Below are positions 60,017-64,000 of a stretch of 64,000 nt of DNA, in pieces. This stretch comes from an uncultured candidate division Zixibacteria bacterium. GTDB lineage: Bacteria > Zixibacteria > MSB-5A5 > GN15 > FEB-12. Position 1 is the stretch's first letter; each line of letters opens with the position of its first letter. Position numbers and translations under genes: made by a program. The stretch lies in contig CAWDXE010000007.1 of the NCBI GenBank assembly GCA_963806185.1, positions 576,001 to 640,000 of the forward strand, read 5' to 3'. The notes under the pieces were generated by a model, which saw only the letters and a list, made by a program, of their open reading frames with translations, was not told where the DNA came from and did no database searches.

Positions 60017-62218
60017 ATGTCACTTCGAATCAACCACAACCTGGCTGCGCTCAACGCGAATCGCAATCTCAGATTGACTGAGAACATGTTGAACAATTCG
60101 ATGCAGAAGCTGTCAAGCGGCTACCGCATCAACCAGGCGTCCGACGATCCGGCCGGTCTCGTGATTTCCGAGCAATTTCGCTCGCAGATCGCCGGTTTGA
60201 ATCGTGCGGTACAGAACTCGGAAGGCAGTATCAGCATGATTCAGACGGCTGAAGGTGCCTTGACCGAAATCAACAACTTGCTGGTCTCGATGAGAGAACT
60301 GGCGATTCACGCTGCCAACGAAGGCTTTAACGATACCGATCAGTTGGCTGCCGACCAGTCTGAAATCGCCAACGCGATCAAGACGATCGACCGTATTGCG
60401 GCCAACACCCAGTTCGGTACCAAGAAGATCCTTGATGGCTCCAAAGACAACATCGCCACGATCACCAGCACCAACACTTCCAGTCTGACTGTGAAGCAGT
60501 CAAACCTGAAGACCGGTCTGCATTCAGTGACCGCCACGAAGACTGCCGATCCGACGGCGACGCTCAACACGACGTCATTGGGTCTCAGCCTGGCCAACAC
60601 TGACGGTGATCCGTACAACCTCGCCGAGAAGATTCACAACGTCGACGTCGTCCAAGCGTCGAATGTTGCGAAGAAGACGTCCGGTCAGATCACGCTGGCC
60701 GATGCCTTCGGTAACGACCTTGAACTGGCTGCTGCTGCCACCGTCGCCATAATTTCGTCAGGCGCCGTCGCGGCTGCTACCGCCGGTCAGGCTGGAACCT
60801 ACTCGGTCATCATCAACTACCAGGAGAATGGCGAATCTCCGACCGGTAACCAGACGTTGGCAATCGACGTCGTCACCGGTGACACGACCGCTACTATCGC
60901 GGCCAAGCTGCAGTCGCAGATCAACCTGAATACCGCGCTGGCGGGTAAGGTTGTGGCGACGGGAACGGCTGCTGGTGCGCTGCGTATTAAGTCCGCCAAC
61001 AAGGGCGCTCAGTACTCGATCTCGACGGCGGCTTCTTCAGCCTCCGGCCTGACCGGTACCGGCGGTACCGCGGCCGTCTTCGCAATCGGCGCGACCTCCG
61101 ATCGTGGCGCTTCTGCCAACGTGCTCGATATGACCGTTGTGACTGACAAGTGGTCCGGTGGTCGTTCGGCTCAGGCGACCGTTGCGGCTGGTACGTACAC
61201 GTCGCTCAGTGCGCTGGTCACTGCCATGAACGACGGTCTGAACAACTCGGGTGGTTCAGGCGGTTTTGGTGAAATCGTGGCCGGAGAAAATGACATCATT
61301 GCCTCCGTCGAAAACGGTAACACCATTCAGTTCTCTACCCGCGACCAGGGTTCGGATTACTCGGTCAAGTTGAACGAGCATACCGGTACCGCCGGCAAGG
61401 GTAACATCAACAACGTGTTGAAACTGACGGCTGACTCGTTGGCCAACACTGGTACGGATGCCCTGGTGAGCTTCGATAACTACACCAACAGCATCTCGAA
61501 GGTGAAATGGAACTCGACGTACAACACGACGCTGTATAATCGCGATTCGGACGACACGGCGCGCGGTTCCGCGACCTTCGTCGTTGGCAATGCCCAGACG
61601 GGCATCAACGTCGGTAACCTCCTGCTCGACGCCAAGGCGGCCAAGTTCGACGTCCGTTTGGACGGCGGCCCGGCTACCTCTGTGTCGGCTGGTGTCAACA
61701 CGACCATTTTCACAGCCGATCGTACGCAGTCGTTGATTCTCAGCTACGGCCTGACCTCTCAGGGCGGCACTGAGACCATCAATGACACCGATCAGTCGCT
61801 GGTCTTCCAGATCGGCGCCAATGTCGGTCAGATTGCCTCCATCGGCATTCGCAACATCGGTTCCTCTTCGTTGGGCAAGAATCTGCCGGGCAACTCGTTC
61901 GGTTCGCTTGCCAAGATCGACGTAACGACCGTTCAGGGTGCTCAGGATGCCCAGTCGATCGTTGACGCCGCCATTAACGAAGTGTCGACGCTGCGCGGCA
62001 CGCTGGGTAGCTTCCAGAAGAACACTCTGGAATCCAACCTGCGCAACCTGCAGATCGCGTCGCAGAATCTGACCTCTGCCGAGTCGCAGATTCGTGACAC
62101 CGATATGGCTGCGGAGATGTCAGAATTCACGAAGAACCAGATTCTGGTTCAGGCTGGTACGGCCATGCTCGCGCAGGCCAACCAGATGCCGCAAGTGGTT
62201 CTGTCGCTCTTCCAGTAA
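60017..62218 (+). CDS. fliC: Flagellin
   Basis: MSLRINHN, LSSGYRIN.ASDDPAGL, QTAEGAL.E, FQIGAN, AESQIRDTDMA.E, AQAN. Confidence 0.97.
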   Translation: MSLRINHNLAALNANRNLRLTENMLNNSMQKLSSGYRINQASDDPAGLVISEQFRSQIAGLNRAVQNSEGSISMIQTAEGALTEINNLLVSMRELAIHAANEGFNDTDQLAADQSEIANAIKTIDRIAANTQFGTKKILDGSKDNIATITSTNTSSLTVKQSNLKTGLHSVTATKTADPTATLNTTSLGLSLANTDGDPYNLAEKIHNVDVVQASNVAKKTSGQITLADAFGNDLELAAAATVAIISSGAVAAATAGQAGTYSVIINYQENGESPTGNQTLAIDVVTGDTTATIAAKLQSQINLNTALAGKVVATGTAAGALRIKSANKGAQYSISTAASSASGLTGTGGTAAVFAIGATSDRGASANVLDMTVVTDKWSGGRSAQATVAAGTYTSLSALVTAMNDGLNNSGGSGGFGEIVAGENDIIASVENGNTIQFSTRDQGSDYSVKLNEHTGTAGKGNINNVLKLTADSLANTGTDALVSFDNYTNSISKVKWNSTYNTTLYNRDSDDTARGSATFVVGNAQTGINVGNLLLDAKAAKFDVRLDGGPATSVSAGVNTTIFTADRTQSLILSYGLTSQGGTETINDTDQSLVFQIGANVGQIASIGIRNIGSSSLGKNLPGNSFGSLAKIDVTTVQGAQDAQSIVDAAINEVSTLRGTLGSFQKNTLESNLRNLQIASQNLTSAESQIRDTDMAAEMSEFTKNQILVQAGTAMLAQANQMPQVVLSLFQ

Positions 62219-62232
62219 TCGCTCGCACGTTC

Positions 62233-62270
62233 ACGAGGGAGTCGCGTACGATCGTGACTCCCTCGTTCTT
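62233..62270 (+). terminator. Terminator/stabilising hairpin after flagellin
   Basis: ACGAGGGAGTCGCG-TACGAT-CGTGACTCCCTCGT followed by TCTT. Confidence 0.75.
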
Positions 62271-62316
62271 AGAGGCCCCGATCGGCAGCAAGAAAGGTAA
62301 AAAGGATTAGGACACC

Positions 62317-64000
62317 ATGCCACTTTCAGCAATCGACGGTCTCAACTCCGGCCTCGACACCAATTCAATCATCGACGCCATGATGGCGGTCGAACGGCAA
62401 GAGGCTGTTCTCCTCGAAAATCAGCAGACTGAAAAGACCAATATCATTTCGGCCCTCAAGGCGCTCCAGGCAAAATTCCTCTCGTTGCAGAATGCGGCCA
62501 ACACGCTGAGCCGTCGAGCTACATTTCAGAGCTCCACCCTTGACGTCAGCGACTCCGACATCCTGACCGCCAGCGCACCCGGTCGTGTTCCGGCCGGCTC
62601 GTATGATATCCAGGTGCTTTCGCTGGCCCGCAACCACCAGCTCGCCAGCCAGGGGTTCAACGATCAGGCGGCCGCCTCCACCGGTACCGGAACGATTACG
62701 CTCTCCGTGGGGAATGCGGCGGCCAAAACGATTACCATCGATGGTACCAACAACTCACTCACCGGCATCAAGAAAGTCATCAATGACGCCAAGCTGGGCG
62801 TCACGGCTACCATAGTGAGTGACGGGTCCAAGCAAGGGTCGTATCGTCTGGTGTTGACCGCCAACAGCTCAGGCCTTGCCAATACGATAAAGATTTCGTC
62901 GAACTTGAGCGGCGGCACCAATCTCAACTACACCACGCCGACGTTCGACACTCCGGAATTCCTCAGCAAGAGCGGAAGTACAACGACGCAAGTGTCGCTC
63001 GGAAGTTCCGCCAGCTTCTCCGGCAAAGCCAACAAGATTTACACCTTCACGGTGCAGGGGACCGGTACCAAGACGGTGGGAACGGACAATATCACGGTGA
63101 ACTGGTCCGACGGAACGAACAGCGGCTCGATTGTGGTGAGTCAGGCCGATCAGGAGATATCGTTGGTCGGCGACGGCGCTGACGGTCTCAAGCTTCAGCT
63201 TTCCAGTGGAAAGCTGGAGGGGGGCGACATTTTCCAGGTGAACACCTTTGCTCCGGTACTTCAGGAAGCGAGTGATGCCCGAATCAGCGTCGGTTCTATC
63301 GGCGGCGCGGGCTCGCCTATCGTGGTGTCGTCAAGCTCCAATACCATAAGCGATGTCATCGCGGGAGTAAAGCTGGACCTGAAGAAGGTCACTGACCCCG
63401 GCGCAACCGTGACCGTCTCGGCCGCTTTGGACACTGAAACGATCAAAAACAATATTTCGACCTTCATCGACGCTTACAATGCAGTCAATAAGTACATTGA
63501 CGATCAGAATAAATACAGCTCAGACACCAAGGAATCAGGCGTGTTGTTCGGTGAATCGGCCGTCCAGACGGCGCAGTCGACGCTGCGCTCCGCACTGGGA
63601 TCAGTGGTAAAAGGCCTGACGTCCAAGTACAATCAGCTTGGGGCAATTGGTATTCGAACAAGTTCCAGCGGTTCGTTGTATATCTCCGACTCCGGTCGCC
63701 TGGAGAAGGCGCTCAGCGAAGATTTGGACGGGGTAATCAATCTCTTCAGCGACTCCGGCGACGCGACCTCGTCGCTTATCGAGTTCGTATCCGCTTCGGA
63801 GAAGACAAAGATGGGAGCCGAGTACGCGGTGGACATAACTCGAGCCGCCACTAAAGGCGAATTTATCGGCACGGGCATTACCAGTCCCGCGTCGACCGCT
63901 CTCACGCTAACGTCCACCAACAACCATTTGAAACTGCTCGTCAACGGCACGCAGTCAAACGATATCGTCCTGACCGCCAAGACCTACACGACGCCCCAGG
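62317..64000 (+). CDS. fliD: Flagellar filament cap FliD, 3' truncated
   Basis: GLNSGLDTNSIIDAMM..E, Y.I.V..LA, YRLVLT, SNT.SDVI.GV.L.L, F..AYN. Frame is open to the window end. Confidence 0.92.
   Translation, partial: MPLSAIDGLNSGLDTNSIIDAMMAVERQEAVLLENQQTEKTNIISALKALQAKFLSLQNAANTLSRRATFQSSTLDVSDSDILTASAPGRVPAGSYDIQVLSLARNHQLASQGFNDQAAASTGTGTITLSVGNAAAKTITIDGTNNSLTGIKKVINDAKLGVTATIVSDGSKQGSYRLVLTANSSGLANTIKISSNLSGGTNLNYTTPTFDTPEFLSKSGSTTTQVSLGSSASFSGKANKIYTFTVQGTGTKTVGTDNITVNWSDGTNSGSIVVSQADQEISLVGDGADGLKLQLSSGKLEGGDIFQVNTFAPVLQEASDARISVGSIGGAGSPIVVSSSSNTISDVIAGVKLDLKKVTDPGATVTVSAALDTETIKNNISTFIDAYNAVNKYIDDQNKYSSDTKESGVLFGESAVQTAQSTLRSALGSVVKGLTSKYNQLGAIGIRTSSSGSLYISDSGRLEKALSEDLDGVINLFSDSGDATSSLIEFVSASEKTKMGAEYAVDITRAATKGEFIGTGITSPASTALTLTSTNNHLKLLVNGTQSNDIVLTAKTYTTPQ

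Noticed and set aside
60440..61790. Flagellinolysin-type protease insert in the large flagellin
   Set aside because: No HExxH motif in the variable region.

Overview
Bacterial chromosomal window, roughly 58% GC by eye, standard code 11 (many genes end in TGA). It is probably from candidate phylum Zixibacteria or a related FCB-group diderm. That assignment is inferred from a dockerin-tailed protease, tandem cohesin-like domains and YPNPFNP-type C-terminal sorting domains. The left third (1-22.6 kb) holds secreted metalloproteases, an outer-membrane barrel/lipoprotein operon, a tandem WYL regulator pair, three tandem DUF1573 paralogs, ABC/M20/SDR/DMT genes, tatC, tRNA-Gly(CCC), a DUF512 radical-SAM gene and der. 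The rest (22.7-64 kb) is one large motility locus: RsbU/RsbW/STAS partner-switch, HEAT protein and che genes, a sigma54 two-component system, motAB, flgBC-fliEFGHIJ, flgFGAHIJNK-csrA-flgL-fliW, two TPR glycosyltransferases, flagellin and a partial fliD. The top finding is the middle DUF1573 paralog. It has an in-frame TGA exactly where its neighbours have the first Cys of a CGC motif, followed 21 nt later by a bacterial SECIS-like hairpin, so it is a probable exported selenoprotein that the ORF track splits in two. Also notable are a flagellin 5' leader with 11 GGA motifs (CsrA-binding-like), a sigma28-type promoter before a small 4-Cys ORF, a cohesin/dockerin pair, and two blocks of single-base frameshifts that are most likely sequencing errors. 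No CRISPR array, rRNA or mobile element was seen.
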